A stretch of 63,280 nt of DNA from Candidatus Poribacteria bacterium (GCA_022822275.1 JAJEBZ010000043.1:1-63280); one strand, 5' to 3'. Positions 27,153 through 37,030 are shown, counted from the stretch's first letter. Made by a program: numbers and translations. Notes: a model not told the origin generated them from the letters alone.

Positions 27153-27239
27153 CTCGGCATCTCTATTTAGAAATGCAAAATTACAGAGAAAACTGATATT
27201 CTCCACAATTCCATAGTCGCAGCGGTTAGTTGCCGGTCT

Positions 27240-27330
27240 TCTTTTTATTTCCCTACGCTGGCATGATCCAGATCAGGTTCAATGGGTGTTTTCTCAGCTC
27301 TTTTTCAGTGAAGAGCACCCCTTAAGTATA
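27240..27330 (-). promoter_or_regulatory. TPP (THI-box) riboswitch aptamer
   Basis: Minus strand reads GGGGTGCTCTTCACTGAAAAAGAGCTGAGAAAACACCCATTGAACCTGATCTGGATCATGCCAGCGTAGGGAA. It contains the conserved CUGAGA, ACCUGAUCUGGAU(A/C)AUGCCAGCG and AGGGAA blocks. Confidence 0.9.
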
Positions 27331-27340
27331 TTACAACTCT

Positions 27341-27370
27341 ATTATAACACATATCTTGCATTATAAGCAA
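27341..27370 (-). promoter_or_regulatory. Predicted promoter of the thi operon
   Basis: Minus strand reads TTGCTT, an 18 nt spacer, then TGT-TATAAT (extended -10), ending about 15 nt before the aptamer. Confidence 0.5.
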
Positions 27371-27471
27371 TGATAAAATTCGGTGATGTGTGTAAAAACT
27401 TTGCTATTATACCTTTAAGCATGTTAAAATAAAGATATAGAAAAACTAACGAACCAAAGAATTTAGCGATA

Positions 27472-27828
27472 ATGGGAAAACACTATAAAATTGCACTATT
27501 AGTATATATAAGTTTCATACTGATTCTAATCTGTATCATAATCGGGGTAATAGTAAAATATTCACAATATGGCTCAATCCCAGATACAATGGAAATGGTA
27601 GATTTCCAAGGCATCCTTTTATCATTTTTGGGGGCAGTCGTTCTCTGTCTAATCAGTGTTTTGTTGACCTTCAACTTAGCTCGGACATGGGCAAAAGAAC
27701 AACCAGAAAATACTAAAAACATCTTTCGCCTTGCCTTAATTACCAACATAATGCTAATCGTTATCATAGGTGGTTTGGAAGCTGGTATTATCATTTTACG
27801 GACACTATGGACTATCGGTTATTTTTAG
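27472..27828 (+). CDS. Small membrane protein, 3-4 TM segments, unknown function
   Basis: Hydrophobic segments only; no motif. Confidence 0.45.
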   Translation: MGKHYKIALLVYISFILILICIIIGVIVKYSQYGSIPDTMEMVDFQGILLSFLGAVVLCLISVLLTFNLARTWAKEQPENTKNIFRLALITNIMLIVIIGGLEAGIIILRTLWTIGYF

Positions 27829-28084
27829 TTTGCATTTGTGTAGGATTTGTGATATAATATCATAATTAATATATTGACAGGTTATTTCCGATTGCGGAAA
27901 TAGCGGATATTCACATATTTTCAGGATTGGTATAAAATCGTAACAGACGTATAAACAATGTAAATGTAAGATTTAGGGAAGTGTAGGAAATATCGGGAAT
28001 CTTCTGAGCATATACTAATAGATGGTCCTATCCTGCACTGCTAAGCATTCAGAACCAACAACTAACTACTTGGGGGTGTGAAAA

Positions 28085-28630
28085 ATACACTATAGAGGCA
28101 GACGTAATCAGAAAACGAAGGAAAGACAGACACGTTCAAATTACCAAATTCGTGCTAAAGAGATTTTGCTGATTGACCACGAAAACAAGCAGGTCGGAGT
28201 AATGACACCACGCGAAGCGATGGACCGTGCCGAAGAAGTCGGTTTAGACCTCGTTGAAGTCTCACCGAATGCAAACCCACCCGTTTGTAAAATTATGGAC
28301 TACGGCAAATATCAATACGAAAAGAATAAGCGCGCAAGGGAAGCACGAAAAAAGCAGACCAAGATTGTTCTAAAAGAGATGCAGTTCCGACCCGATACTG
28401 CTGAACATGATTACCAATTCAAAAAACGTCACGTAGAAGATTTTTTGAAGAACGGGTGGAAGGTCAGAGCCACTGTACGCTTTCGCGGCAGAGAACTCCT
28501 TCACACGCAATTAGGGAAAAATATGCTGGCACGCTTGGTAGAAGATCTTGCTGAACTCGCTGAGGTTGAGCAACCTCCAAAGATGGAAACACGCGTGATG
28601 TCCATGCTCTTAACCCCGAAATCTTCGTAG
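28085..28630 (+). CDS. infC: Translation initiation factor IF-3, probably starting at a non-canonical ATA codon
   Basis: NYQIRAKEILLIDHENKQVGVMTPREAMDRAEEVGLDLVEVSPNANPPVCKIMDYGKYQYEK. The conserved N-terminus lies upstream of the first TTG/ATG. The frame opens at 28082, and ATA at 28085 follows GGGGGTG. Confidence 0.85.
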   Translation: MHYRGRRNQKTKERQTRSNYQIRAKEILLIDHENKQVGVMTPREAMDRAEEVGLDLVEVSPNANPPVCKIMDYGKYQYEKNKRAREARKKQTKIVLKEMQFRPDTAEHDYQFKKRHVEDFLKNGWKVRATVRFRGRELLHTQLGKNMLARLVEDLAELAEVEQPPKMETRVMSMLLTPKSS

Positions 28631-28726
28631 ATTACAGTCTATTATGTAGTTTTATACATAGACTGTAACACTGTCTATAGTAAGCAGAATTAACTCGCGT
28701 CACGCCATCAGCAAAGGGAAAATGTA

Positions 28727-28918
28727 ATGCCGAAAATGAAAACACATAAGGGCGCAGCCAAACGTTTTAAATTTACTGCTAAAGGAAAAATACGCCGCAA
28801 TCGCGCATACGCCGGACACTTGTTCATCTCAAAATCCGCAAAACGTAAACGCAGATTAAGACAACCTGCACTGGTTCACCCCAGCAATGAAAAACGTTTG
28901 AAACGCTTGATTTATTAG
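28727..28918 (+). CDS. rpmI: 50S ribosomal protein L35
   Basis: MPKMKTHKGAAKRFKFTAKGKIRR. Confidence 0.95.
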   Translation: MPKMKTHKGAAKRFKFTAKGKIRRNRAYAGHLFISKSAKRKRRLRQPALVHPSNEKRLKRLIY

Positions 28919-28927
28919 GAGTTATAA

Positions 28928-29275
28928 ATGCCACGAGTCAAAACAGGGAATGTCCGACGAAAACGCCGGAAACGCATACTAAAGCATTCCAAAGGCTATC
29001 GCGGTGGAAGAAACAACCTTAAACGTACTGCTATGGAAGCAGTTCAGAAAGGATGGAACCACGCCTACGCACATAGACGCACACGAAAACGCGATTTTAG
29101 ACGACTTTGGATCATACGAATAAACGCCGCTGCAAGACTACACGGTCTCTCATACAGTCGCTTTATACACGGTCTCAAAAACGCTGGCGTAGAATTGGAC
29201 AGAAAAGTACTCGCAGACATCGCAGTCCACGACGCAGATGGGTTTGGACAGCTTGTCGCACTCGCAAAAGGGTAA
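28928..29275 (+). CDS. rplT: 50S ribosomal protein L20
   Basis: [26 protein letters not shown]. Confidence 0.95.
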   Translation: MPRVKTGNVRRKRRKRILKHSKGYRGGRNNLKRTAMEAVQKGWNHAYAHRRTRKRDFRRLWIIRINAAARLHGLSYSRFIHGLKNAGVELDRKVLADIAVHDADGFGQLVALAKG

Positions 29276-29316
29276 ATTCGTACGATAACACTTGCAAATA
29301 GAACTTTGATGTAATA

Positions 29317-29575
29317 GGCTGTGAAGAGACAAAGTAGGTTGTTGATCCCTCTCAAAAAGAGATGCCGTGCCATTGGCTGGAAGCACGGTTTTGAGAGCAA
29401 CAACTGAATTTCATCTTGGAGCCAAAAAAATATATAATGAAGCGGACAGATTAGATCAATCTGTCAAGCGGGGTGGTACCGCGGAAGTAGATGCCTGTCG
29501 CTTTCGTCCCTAACTGTGCCTCAAGTAAGATATTGAGGCAGCGGGACAGCGTGACGGGCGTTATCTATTTATAAG
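29317..29575 (+). promoter_or_regulatory. T-box leader RNA, apparent Phe (UUC) specifier, upstream of pheST
   Basis: T-box sequence AAGCGGGGTGGTACCGCGG at 29466-29484. Stem I has a GA/K-turn-like GTGAAGA, an AGAGA bulge at about 29358, and a distal hairpin CGTGCC..GGAAGCACG. TTC at 29410-29412 is followed by A in an internal loop (TGAATTTCA). Confidence 0.7.
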
Positions 29576-29581
29576 GGAATT

Positions 29582-30598
29582 ATGAAAAAGGAATTAGAAG
29601 CGATTCAAGCAGAAGTATTACAAGCATTAAAACAGATAAATACACAAGATCAACTTGAATCGCTTAGAATAGAATACTTCGGACGCAAGGGAAAACTCAC
29701 AGATGTCATGAAGGGCATGGGAAAACTCTCAAAAGAGGAACGTCCCATCATCGGAAAACTCGCAAATGAGATCCGTTCCTCGCTATCTGACGCATTTGAA
29801 GCAGCAAAAACTGCATTGGATAGTAAACAACAGGGACAACAACTCAAAGCAGAATCAGTTGACATCACACTCCCTGGAAGAAAACCCACGCTTGGTAAAG
29901 CACATCCTGTCATGCAAATATTACAACGCATTGAAGAAATTTTCATGCAAATGGGGTTTCAAGTCGTGACAGGACCAGAGGTGGAAACTGAACACTATAA
30001 CTTTGACGCACTCAATACACCACCAGACCATCCTGCGCGAGACCTGCACGATACCTTCTATCTAACAGATGGACACCTTCTGCGGACACATAATTCACCT
30101 GTCCAGATACGGGCAATGGAAAATCAACAACCACCTATCCGTATCATTGTTCCCGGTAAAGCCTACCGCGTAGATTACGATGTCTCCCACACGCCAATGT
30201 TCCATCAAGTTGAAGGATTGCTGGTAGATAGGCACGTTACTTTCAGCGAATTGAAAGGGGTTTTGGTCTCATTTGCACGTCAAATGTTTGGTGATCAGAC
30301 ACAGATGCGTTTCAGACCACATTTCTTCCCATTCACTGAACCCAGCGCAGAAGTTGACATCTCATGCACCGTTTGTCAAGGGAAGGGATGTCGGAGTTGC
30401 GGACATACTGGTTGGATCGAAATCTTGGGAGCTGGTGCTGTTGACCCAGAAGTGTTCCGTGCTGTCAACTATGACCCTGAGGAAGTTACAGGTTTCGCAT
30501 TTGGAATGGGAGTAGAACGAATCGCAAACCTACAGTTCCGAATTCCCGATATTCGCACATTCTATGAAAACGATCTACGCTTCCTTAATCAATTTTAA
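29582..30598 (+). CDS. pheS: Phenylalanine--tRNA ligase alpha subunit
   Basis: Class II motifs (HPARD, FRPHFFPFTEPS, GFAFGMGVERI). Confidence 0.95.
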   Translation: MKKELEAIQAEVLQALKQINTQDQLESLRIEYFGRKGKLTDVMKGMGKLSKEERPIIGKLANEIRSSLSDAFEAAKTALDSKQQGQQLKAESVDITLPGRKPTLGKAHPVMQILQRIEEIFMQMGFQVVTGPEVETEHYNFDALNTPPDHPARDLHDTFYLTDGHLLRTHNSPVQIRAMENQQPPIRIIVPGKAYRVDYDVSHTPMFHQVEGLLVDRHVTFSELKGVLVSFARQMFGDQTQMRFRPHFFPFTEPSAEVDISCTVCQGKGCRSCGHTGWIEILGAGAVDPEVFRAVNYDPEEVTGFAFGMGVERIANLQFRIPDIRTFYENDLRFLNQF

Positions 30599-30649
30599 TT
30601 GAGAGTGGTTTAAAACCTTGCTTTTTCTTCCTATGACGAAGGACTTATT

Positions 30650-33076
30650 ATGAACATTACCCTAAATTGGCTAAAAAACTACATAGATTTTGATTTTACT
30701 GCAGAACAACTCGCTGAAAAACTTACGATGTTGGGAGTTGAAGTTGAAACTATCAAACAACTCGGCATAGCGATAGATGGTGTAGTTGTAGGAAAAGTAA
30801 TATCCATCAGACCGCATCCTAATGCTGATAAACTTGTCCTCTGTCAGGTAGACATTGGCAAAGAGGATAAACTACAGATTGTCTGCGGTGCTCCAAATGT
30901 ACGCGATGGAATGGTCGCTCCTGTCGCAACAATTGGCACTGAATTGCACTCAGGCGTATTTATCAAAAGTGCAAAAATACGCGGTGAAGAATCTTATGGA
31001 ATGCTTTGCTCAGAGAAGGAGTTGGGTATCTCTCCCGACGCAGCAGGACTTATGGAGTTAGCCCCCGAGCTTTCTATCGGCACACCACTGGCAGAAGCAT
31101 TAGGTTTGGACGATACAGTATTAGAACTTGAGATTACACCCAACCGTCCAGATTGTCTCAGCTTGATTGGCGTTGCACGTGAGGTGCGAGCAGAAACTGG
31201 AAACGAGTTAAGACACCCACAGATTGAACTCAATGAAAGTGACACTGAAACACAAGGTGTCACATCGGTAACAATAGATGACCCTGAACTGTGCCCTCGT
31301 TACGCAGCGCGTATCATAAAAGACGTTAAAGTCGGTGAATCCCCTGATTGGCTAAAACAACGGCTGGAATCTGTCGGAATCGCTGTAATAAACAATATCG
31401 TTGATATAACAAACTATGTCTTAATGGAATATGGGCAACCCCTCCACGCATTCGATTATCACAAACTCAATGAAAATAGAATCGTCGTACGTCGTGCTGC
31501 AGAAGGTGAAAGGATTACCACCCTTGACGAGTATGAACGCAAACTAACACCCGATATGTTAGTCATCGCTGATGCTGAAAAACCTGTTGCTGTGGCAGGT
31601 GTAATGGGAGGTCATGAGACAGAAATCACCGACTCAACTTGTGATGTGCTGCTGGAAAGTGCATATTTTTCACCATCAAGCATTCGATCAACTGCTAAGA
31701 CTATGGGATTAAACACAGAAGCTTCATATAGATTTGAACGCGGCGCAGACCCAGAAAATGTTATCCTCGCTCTCAACCGCGCAGCACAACTCATCGCAGA
31801 ATTAGCCGGAGGCACTATCTGCAAAGGTATTGTCAATGTCTATCCAGGCAAACAAGAACCTATTCAGATTCAACTTTGTCCTGAACGTGTGAATTTCATA
31901 TTGGGAACCGAACTTGAAACAACTGAAATAGAGCAGATTTTAAGTCGGTTAGGGTTTGGGATCAAAATGGTGCAACAAGAAGGTCTCGACCAGGAGGCCG
32001 CTCCTACAGAAGATAACGTGTTTCAGGTCACCGTCCCTTCATTCCGTGTTGATATTACCCGGGAAATTGATCTAATTGAAGAGGTAGCGCGTGTATACGG
32101 CTATGACAACATTCCCACCACACTACCTAAAGGTGACATCCCCGTACCAGTACCAAACAAACTCGCTGAAGTCCGTAGACGTATCAAGAACTTTTTACTC
32201 AGTTCTGGTATGATGGAAGCAATAAACTACAGTTTCGTCCACCCAAACTGCTTTGAAAAGATAAGGTTATCAGAGGGCAATCCACTTCGCGAGGCATTAA
32301 AACTTCAAAATCCATTAAGTCCAGAGATGTCCATTTTGAGATCAACTCTGATACCGAGTCTGCTAAATAACGCACAGCACAACCATAACCATCAGATAAA
32401 TAATATCGCACTTTTTGAGATTTCTACTGTATTCGTTCAAGATAAAGAACCGACACGCGTTTCTGGAATACTCGCCGGTGAAATCGGTGGCGGTGTCTAC
32501 GGGAATCCATACAAACATCCTGATTTCTTTGACATCAAAGGAATAGCTGAAGGTGCACTTGAGGTTTGCGGAATAACTGATTATGCATTCAAACTAACAG
32601 ATGAACCAACCTTCCATCCTTGGCGTAATGCCGAACTGTTGTTAGATAGCAAACGAATCGGTATCCTTGGAGAAGCACATCCTGAAGTACTGGAAAATTA
32701 CGAACTACCCTATAAGGCGTATCTCTTTGAACTTGACCTTAACGCTCTTACAGAGGCAGCCGATTTTGCTAAACAATTCAAGCCGATACCTATCTATCCA
32801 AGTATACAACGTGACCTTGCAATTGTCGTTGATAAAGAGATGCAGTCGGATTTGCCAATAGATATAATCTATTCTACCGGTGGGAAGCTCGTGGAATCGG
32901 TCAAACTCTTTGACGTATATATTGGCGATCAAGTACCCGATGGCAAAAAAAGTCTTGCCTATACCATCATGTATCATTCCGCAACTGAGACCTTGACTGA
33001 TAAAGTTGTGAATGACCTACACGATAAGGTGATTAGAAAACTAAATCAAGAACTTAATGCAGAGCTGAGAATGTAG
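30650..33076 (+). CDS. pheT: Phenylalanine--tRNA ligase beta subunit
   Basis: MNITLNWLKNYIDF start, tRNA-binding, B3/4, B5 and FDX-ACB regions; 808 aa. Confidence 0.95.
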   Translation: MNITLNWLKNYIDFDFTAEQLAEKLTMLGVEVETIKQLGIAIDGVVVGKVISIRPHPNADKLVLCQVDIGKEDKLQIVCGAPNVRDGMVAPVATIGTELHSGVFIKSAKIRGEESYGMLCSEKELGISPDAAGLMELAPELSIGTPLAEALGLDDTVLELEITPNRPDCLSLIGVAREVRAETGNELRHPQIELNESDTETQGVTSVTIDDPELCPRYAARIIKDVKVGESPDWLKQRLESVGIAVINNIVDITNYVLMEYGQPLHAFDYHKLNENRIVVRRAAEGERITTLDEYERKLTPDMLVIADAEKPVAVAGVMGGHETEITDSTCDVLLESAYFSPSSIRSTAKTMGLNTEASYRFERGADPENVILALNRAAQLIAELAGGTICKGIVNVYPGKQEPIQIQLCPERVNFILGTELETTEIEQILSRLGFGIKMVQQEGLDQEAAPTEDNVFQVTVPSFRVDITREIDLIEEVARVYGYDNIPTTLPKGDIPVPVPNKLAEVRRRIKNFLLSSGMMEAINYSFVHPNCFEKIRLSEGNPLREALKLQNPLSPEMSILRSTLIPSLLNNAQHNHNHQINNIALFEISTVFVQDKEPTRVSGILAGEIGGGVYGNPYKHPDFFDIKGIAEGALEVCGITDYAFKLTDEPTFHPWRNAELLLDSKRIGILGEAHPEVLENYELPYKAYLFELDLNALTEAADFAKQFKPIPIYPSIQRDLAIVVDKEMQSDLPIDIIYSTGGKLVESVKLFDVYIGDQVPDGKKSLAYTIMYHSATETLTDKVVNDLHDKVIRKLNQELNAELRM

Positions 33077-33143
33077 GTAATTGCCTGAACAAGGATTTCC
33101 CTCATGACAAGATATAACTTGAGATGACTCGACAAAGACCATT

Positions 33144-33857
33144 ATGCAGGCACACCGAATTAAAAACCTATTCTCTGCAATCGCTCGACACTACGATTTC
33201 CTAAACTCACTACTAAGTCTGCGATTTGACCGTAGGTGGAGACGAGAAACGGTCAAAGTAAGCAGTGTTACACCAACAAGCAAGGTGCTTGATGTCTGCA
33301 CTGGAACAGGTGAACTTGCACTTGCTTATGCCGACAAAATTGCATCCAGCAATTCTGTCATCGGTTCAGACTTCTGTTATGAGATGTTAGTTGTTGGAAA
33401 GGAAAAGGTGAGACGGCAAGATCGTCAACACATCTTTATTCCGATTGAAGCGGATACACTTTCACTGCCTTTTCAAGATAACACATTTGACATTGTCTCG
33501 GTCGGCTTCGGTATACGGAATGTATCTGACCTGAAATTAGGTATAAAGGAGATGGCACGCGTCGCTGTTCCAGGTGGAAGAATCGCAATCTTAGAGTTTA
33601 CACAACCTGTCAATCCAGTGTTTCGCAGCATTTACTATTTCTATTTTACGAAAATGCTACCGTTCATTGGGAATTGCATATCGCGCAGCAAGGACGATGC
33701 TTATGGGTATCTTCCACGTTCTGTCATGCAGTTCCCCGACTGCGATGCATTGAAACAGACCATGGAGCAGTGTGGATTAACAGACGTGCAGTATTTTCGG
33801 AAAACTTTGGGTATCGTTGCGATTCATGTTGGGAAAAAACGAGTATTTGATCCGTAA
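33144..33857 (+). CDS. ubiE: Demethylmenaquinone / ubiquinone C-methyltransferase (UbiE/MenG)
   Basis: LFSAIARHYDFLNSLLSLRFDRRWRRE and the SAM motif VLDVCTGTGELA. Confidence 0.85.
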   Translation: MQAHRIKNLFSAIARHYDFLNSLLSLRFDRRWRRETVKVSSVTPTSKVLDVCTGTGELALAYADKIASSNSVIGSDFCYEMLVVGKEKVRRQDRQHIFIPIEADTLSLPFQDNTFDIVSVGFGIRNVSDLKLGIKEMARVAVPGGRIAILEFTQPVNPVFRSIYYFYFTKMLPFIGNCISRSKDDAYGYLPRSVMQFPDCDALKQTMEQCGLTDVQYFRKTLGIVAIHVGKKRVFDP

Positions 33858-33934
33858 AACAAGAAACTATCAAGGCTTCAATTCTTACAGAAATACATTT
33901 GTTTAAAATTACATATAGGGTGTGGCAAGTGCTT

Positions 33935-34198
33935 TTATCCAACGGCTACAGCATATTCGGTTAACGCAGGTTGTCTCTTTTTCGCGCGTTTGGCAATCTC
34001 GACGAGCTCCCTGACAGTCACAATTAATGCGTCTACCGTTTCTGGCGTGAAGGAGGGTTCTCCATCTTCGGGGCAGACCCATGCCCAAACATTCTGTACC
34101 TTGACAGATACGCCATCTTCACTATATTCAAATACTGTCTGCTGCCACACTTTTTCTGTGTTGTGTTCAGTGCAGATTGGAGGTGGTTTGGATGTCAT
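33935..34198 (-). CDS. Small hypothetical protein, MqsA/YgiT-like zinc-ribbon topology with degenerate ligands
   Basis: C-x2-H ... CPEDGE spacing resembles the MqsA N-terminal ribbon. Weak. Confidence 0.3.
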   Translation of the reverse strand: MTSKPPPICTEHNTEKVWQQTVFEYSEDGVSVKVQNVWAWVCPEDGEPSFTPETVDALIVTVRELVEIAKRAKKRQPALTEYAVAVG

Positions 34199-34268
34199 AA
34201 ATTATTCCTTGCAGTGAAATAATACTGTTTTAATTTAACACATTTTGTAAATTTTTGCAAAATAAAAT

Positions 34269-35210
34269 TTACCGATTAGCCAAGCGTTCCACATGTGCCA
34301 CAACAGATTCGGAGATACCCTCTAAACTATACCCACCCTCTAACGCAGATACAACATTGCCAGAAGCAATCTCATCCGCAACATCAAGTACCAAATCCGT
34401 CAGAATTGAAAATCCATCTGCAGTTAGATTGATCTGTGCAAGTGGATCAAGGTAATGTGCATCAAATCCTGCGGAGATAAGAATAAATTCTGGTGAATAA
34501 TCCTGTAATGCAGGTATCAGCACATCTTCAAAAATTGTTATATATTCGTCATCACCAATGTCTGATGACATCTGTACGTTGAGTGTTGTCCCGGGTGCCT
34601 TCACACTGCCCCGTTCATAGTTTGAACCAGTTCCCGGGTAGAGTGGATATTGATGAATAGAAAAGAAGAAAACCGTTTCATCATCGTAAAAAATGTCTTG
34701 CGTGCCGTTGCCGTGGTGTACATCCCAATCCACTATTGCGACCTTTCCAACACCGTGTTCTCTTTGAAGATAACGGGCTGCAATTGCGATGTTATTAAAC
34801 AAGCAAAACCCCATACTATGACCGGGCGTCGCGTGGTGTCCGGGTGGACGCACCATCGCAAAAGCATTTTTCGCTTTCTTAGTAACTACTGCATCGGCAG
34901 CACACAGGACACCACCTGTTGAAAGCAGGGCAATATCATAAGAAGCATGCCCAACCGGGGTATCATGAGTCAGTGGAACTTCTGCTTCACAAAATTGGCG
35001 TATGTGTTCGCTATATCCCTGATGATGTGCATAAGCAATCTGTTCAACACTTGCGGGAGTAGGGTCAAGGTGAATCAGTTGCTCCCAAACATCGCTTTGT
35101 TGGAGTGCAGCAAGACTTGCTCTGAGTCGGTCAGGTCGCTCAGGATGTTCCGGACCAGTGTCGTGTTTCAGGTAGTCTGGGTGATAGATGAACGCTGTTT
35201 TTTGTGGCAT
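34269..35210 (-). CDS. Histone deacetylase family (AcuC/HDAC-like) amidohydrolase
   Basis: RPPGHHA, and the IVDWDVHHGNGTQ signature. Confidence 0.9.
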   Translation of the reverse strand: MPQKTAFIYHPDYLKHDTGPEHPERPDRLRASLAALQQSDVWEQLIHLDPTPASVEQIAYAHHQGYSEHIRQFCEAEVPLTHDTPVGHASYDIALLSTGGVLCAADAVVTKKAKNAFAMVRPPGHHATPGHSMGFCLFNNIAIAARYLQREHGVGKVAIVDWDVHHGNGTQDIFYDDETVFFFSIHQYPLYPGTGSNYERGSVKAPGTTLNVQMSSDIGDDEYITIFEDVLIPALQDYSPEFILISAGFDAHYLDPLAQINLTADGFSILTDLVLDVADEIASGNVVSALEGGYSLEGISESVVAHVERLANR

Positions 35211-35245
35211 GATGTTGGGAATTTTTAAACTAACTTTATCATAAA

Positions 35246-35578
35246 CTATTGAGCGTTACATGCTGTTTTATTTACCGCACGCAGGTCAACTTCTTTACGC
35301 AAGCGTGAATTTACGTCGTTGTCTCGATGGACACAGATACAATTAACACCGTAACTGTTTACACAATACCACTTTTCGTGGTTTGGTATTCTCTCCTTCA
35401 GCGAATCAGTTTGACCAATGTATAGAAATGTGTGTGTGGCCCTCCCGTCCGGGTCTTCATCACGTTTAGAGAAAATATAAACTGCACCGACAGAATTGAA
35501 TATTGTATCCGTAGAGAAAACTTCAAAGGCATAAGTTCCAAATTTGCCTTCAAATGTCGCATCAGATATTTTTCCCAT
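35246..35578 (-). CDS. GIY-YIG-like nuclease domain protein
   Basis: GAVYIF ... FLYIGQTDSLKERIPNHEKW resembles GIY..YIG..R..H/E..N, but with a long spacer. Confidence 0.5.
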   Translation of the reverse strand: MGKISDATFEGKFGTYAFEVFSTDTIFNSVGAVYIFSKRDEDPDGRATHTFLYIGQTDSLKERIPNHEKWYCVNSYGVNCICVHRDNDVNSRLRKEVDLRAVNKTACNAQ

Positions 35579-35708
35579 GTTCCTATACCCTAATTTTGAT
35601 GTTAGAAACTATTCCAATTAAGTATAAAATCATTATACTAAGACAACATTGTAACACATCTAAAACTGATATTCAAGAGGGACTGACAATGTTCTCACAA
35701 TATATTGA

Positions 35709-36071
35709 TTATATGGTAGCAGTAGAATTTACAGACCATTCAAATTCCCAAGTTTGTGAGGCAATAGCAAAAGGTTCGTACTGGCGTATTACCTTGTCAT
35801 GGTTAATACCTAAGGGATTTTCTTCTCTTTTAATTCCTTCCTCTAAGTGTTCAGAAGTAAGTAAAGAAGGCTTAGGTTGAGGAATTACATCTCCATGCTG
35901 TTTTGCGGTTTCTATCCAGCATAAGATGGCATCCCTTCCATTTGCAATCGCTTCGTCAATTGTGTCACCATCTGATATACAACCTGGCAAGTCAGGAAAT
36001 TCAATCAGATAACCTCCTCCTTCTTCTGTAGTTAATATATTTATTTTAGGTGGGTATCCTATTTCATTCAT
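35709..36071 (-). CDS. hicB: HicB family antitoxin
   Basis: GGGYLIEFPDLPGCISDGDTIDEAIANGRDAILCWIETAKQHGDVIPQP. Confidence 0.8.
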   Translation of the reverse strand: MNEIGYPPKINILTTEEGGGYLIEFPDLPGCISDGDTIDEAIANGRDAILCWIETAKQHGDVIPQPKPSLLTSEHLEEGIKREENPLGINHDKVIRQYEPFAIASQTWEFEWSVNSTATI

Positions 36072-36348
36072 GATTTTCCTCCAACTGATCGATCATTGTA
36101 ACAAGTTTTCGAATATATACCGGTTTTATTGGTCGGTGATCAGGAATAGTCAATTTAGTGCCTGAATCGTGTCGTAGTGTGACATGACTGCTTCCACGTT
36201 TTGGACGGTTTATTGATAAACCATATCGCCTCGCAAGTGTTTCAACATCTCTCATCCGCCAATCATTGCGCGGATTCTGTCTCATTCGATCCAATAATTT
36301 ATCTCGGCGCATAGAAATAAATCTCCACACAACATCAATTTCTTGCAC
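36064..36348 (-). CDS. hicA: HicA family mRNA interferase toxin
   Basis: RRYGLSINRPKRGSSHVTLRHDSGTKLTIPDHRPIKPVYIRKL. Overlaps hicB by 8 nt. The likely start is the internal MRRDKL at 36312. Confidence 0.7.
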   Translation of the reverse strand: MQEIDVVWRFISMRRDKLLDRMRQNPRNDWRMRDVETLARRYGLSINRPKRGSSHVTLRHDSGTKLTIPDHRPIKPVYIRKLVTMIDQLEENHE

Positions 36349-36474
36349 CGTTGTCGTGTTGGTAATTCAGTTTAATTCCTTCTTAAATCAATTTATTAAT
36401 GAAGACGATGTTAAAATCGTACCATGTTCAAATGTAATTGTCAACTTAGATTTGTTTATACACACACGATAATC

Positions 36475-36750
36475 TCAACCCCGCATACGTCTAACCCGTG
36501 CGGGGGTGTCATCCCCGAATATCAGACGAAAGAATACAAAGATATGTTCACTATAACCGGAGTTATGTGCATAAGCAATCTGTTCAACACTTGCGGGAGT
36601 AGGGTCAAGGCGAATCAGTTGCTCCCAAACATCGCTTTGTTGGAGTGCAGCAAGACTTGCTCTGAGTCGGTCAGGTCGCTCAGGATGTTCCGGACCAGCA
36701 TCGTGTTTCAGGTAGTCTGGATGATAGATGAACGCGGTTTTTTGTGGCAT
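36475..36750 (-). pseudogene. Duplicated 5' fragment of the HDAC-family gene (codons 1 to ~70)
   Basis: MPQKTAFIYHPDYLKHDAGPEHPERPDRLRASLAALQQSDVWEQLIRLDPTPASVEQIAYAH is nearly identical to the N-terminus of 34269-35210, then diverges and stops. Confidence 0.8.
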
Positions 36751-37030
36751 GTTTTCTTTCTTCGTTGTCTGTAGATTAAGATGCTGTCATTTTATCCAAA
36801 TTCCATTTTGTTTTCAAATACTTTTTGGTTTTCAGAATCATAAGAATTTAAGAAACACTCTTATGAGAGGGGTTTTTAACCCAGACTTGTAGTTTCAGCA
36901 CAAGATAATCCTGTCCATCTGGAAATCCTGAAATCCTGGTTCAGACAATTAACTAAGATACTACGAATATACCAAGTTGATAACCCGTGAAATCTGTGTA
37001 ATCCGCGATTCAGACAAGTTCTGAAAAACC

